From contig CBDFJZ010000005.1 in NCBI GenBank assembly GCA_965248675.1, positions 349,855 through 413,854 of the forward strand: 64,000 nt of DNA, read 5' to 3'. A program made the position numbers and the translations under genes. Of this stretch, positions 62,686 to 64,000 are shown piece after piece. The number at the start of each line of letters is the position of its first letter. The first letter of the stretch is position 1. Under the pieces are notes generated by a model. That model was not told where the DNA came from. It saw only the letters and a list, made by a program, of their open reading frames with translations, and ran no database searches. This DNA comes from Dehalococcoidia bacterium (GTDB lineage: Bacteria; Chloroflexota; Dehalococcoidia; UBA2979).

Positions 62686-63645
62686 GTGATATCGGTGCGG
62701 TACGCGGCGCAACGAATGACCTTGATGGTGCCGACTTTGCTCGGCCTCACCGTCTTGATCTTCTTTGCGCTGCGTGTCTTGATTCCCGCGGACGCAGTCG
62801 ATATTGCCTTCGGTGAACCGGACGTTCCCGACCCCGAGCGGATGCAAGAGCTTCGCGAGGAATTCGGACTGACCGGCCCACTCCACATGCAGTACATTCG
62901 CTGGCTCGGCGGGGTCGCTCAAGGGGATCTCGGCGAATCGGTCTTCACGGGCAAGCCAGTAACCGAGGAACTTCTCCAGCGCGTCCCCACGAGCCTGGAA
63001 CTTGGACTCGGCGCACTCGCCGTCACGGTCGTGGTTGCGGTGCCGATTGGCCTGCTCTCTGCCGCACGTCAGGACACATCGATCGACTATCTCGCGCGAG
63101 GCGGCGCGATCTTGTTCTACGCTGTGCCGCACTTCTGGATCGGGATCCTGGTGGTAGTGTTTGCCAGCGTCTGGTTCGGTTGGGCTCCCTCGCTTCACTT
63201 TGCCCCACTGTGGGAAGATCCTGTTGCGAACTTACGGCACATCTGGCTTCCGATGTTTATCCTCGGAATCAATGCGACCGGAACGATGATCCGGCTTACG
63301 CGAACCCAGGTCCTGGAGGTCCTGAGACAGGACTACGTGCGCACCGCGCGCGCGAAAGGCTTGAGTACCCGCGTCATCTACATGCGCCACATCCTGAGAA
63401 ACGCGCTACTCCCCATCATCACTGTCGTCGGACTGCGAATCCCAGACGTCGTGGGCGGGACAATCATATTTGAGCAGATCTTTGTCGTTCCCGGCGTTGG
63501 GCGGTACTTGCTGGAGGCGCTCCAGCGCCTCGACATCTACGTGATCCTTGGCGCGAATCTGTTCTTCGGTGCTGTGCTTGTCTTCGCCAACCTGATCGTT
63601 GACCTCACATACACGATTGTCGATCCGCGGATCCGGCTATCCTGA
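62686..63645 (+). CDS. Peptide ABC permease (DppB type)
   Basis: QY..WL....GDLG.S, QDYVRTARAKGL, DPRIR. Confidence 0.93.
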   Translation: MISVRYAAQRMTLMVPTLLGLTVLIFFALRVLIPADAVDIAFGEPDVPDPERMQELREEFGLTGPLHMQYIRWLGGVAQGDLGESVFTGKPVTEELLQRVPTSLELGLGALAVTVVVAVPIGLLSAARQDTSIDYLARGGAILFYAVPHFWIGILVVVFASVWFGWAPSLHFAPLWEDPVANLRHIWLPMFILGINATGTMIRLTRTQVLEVLRQDYVRTARAKGLSTRVIYMRHILRNALLPIITVVGLRIPDVVGGTIIFEQIFVVPGVGRYLLEALQRLDIYVILGANLFFGAVLVFANLIVDLTYTIVDPRIRLS

Positions 63646-64000
63646 TGGCGCGCGAAGCGTCAGCGTGGCCCACCTCTTCGAGCCCTTCACAAGGACCGGG
63701 CATAGTCGCGTGGCCGCGTCGCTTCGCCGCTGAGATCGGACGCCTCGCCCGCCGCAAACCGCTTGGCTTCTGGGGGCTCGTGATGCTGCTCCTCGTAGGC
63801 GCGGCTGCCCTGCTCGCTCCGGTGATCGCTCCATACGGCTTCGGCGAAGTTGATTTCACCCGTCGCCTGGAGGGGCCAAGTCAAGATCATCTCATGGGCA
63901 CCGACAACCTGGGCCGCGACTTATTGAGTCGTATCCTTTACGGCACCCGGGTGTCTCTGGGCATCAGCTTTGCTGCTGTCTTCCTGTCGAAGTTCGCGGC
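63645..64000 (+). CDS. Peptide ABC permease (DppC type), runs off the window
   Basis: Manual translation from ATG 63645: APVIAPY...LEGPS.DHLMGTDNLGRD..SRILYG.RVSL. Confidence 0.9.
   Translation, partial: MAREASAWPTSSSPSQGPGIVAWPRRFAAEIGRLARRKPLGFWGLVMLLLVGAAALLAPVIAPYGFGEVDFTRRLEGPSQDHLMGTDNLGRDLLSRILYGTRVSLGISFAAVFLSKFA

Overview
GC-rich (roughly 70% by eye) bacterial chromosomal segment. Gene content suggests Chloroflexota, probably Dehalococcoidia-like (inference): Tat-exported family-5 ABC binding proteins, family III CoA-transferases, LLM/PPOX oxidoreductases, a PAC2 protein and menB. It contains two Opp/Dpp-type ABC clusters, a catabolic cluster (CoA-transferase, sulfatase, epoxide hydrolase), tandem cyclophilins and a c-di-GMP gene pair. 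A PyrR-regulated pyrimidine operon (pyrR-pyrB-pyrC-like-carA-GNAT-2H-carB-HAD-pyrK, with pyrD displaced) is flanked by two Mrp/ApbC paralogues. Also present are a vapBC pair, an rsgA-like gene, menB, speB, a ferredoxin-P450-LLM-dehydrogenase-MFS cluster, a fused acyl-CoA carboxylase, five tRNAs and a scar of three fused gene remnants. About eight genes have single indels, mostly in short homopolymers, which most likely reflects long-read assembly error. No CRISPR array, integrase, transposase or prophage was seen. The strongest leads are: (i) the pyrC-like gene has lost several metal and substrate ligands and looks like a PyrC'-type pseudo-dihydroorotase; (ii) an unannotated 28-aa leader ORF ending PRPPVRVR with an attenuator-like structure upstream of rsgA; (iii) two Mrp paralogues with complementary losses; (iv) an NYN RNase with a long charge-blocked disordered arm; (v) a half-inactivated 2H phosphoesterase and a GNAT embedded between carA and carB. 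All functional proposals are hypotheses from reading motifs; no searches were run.
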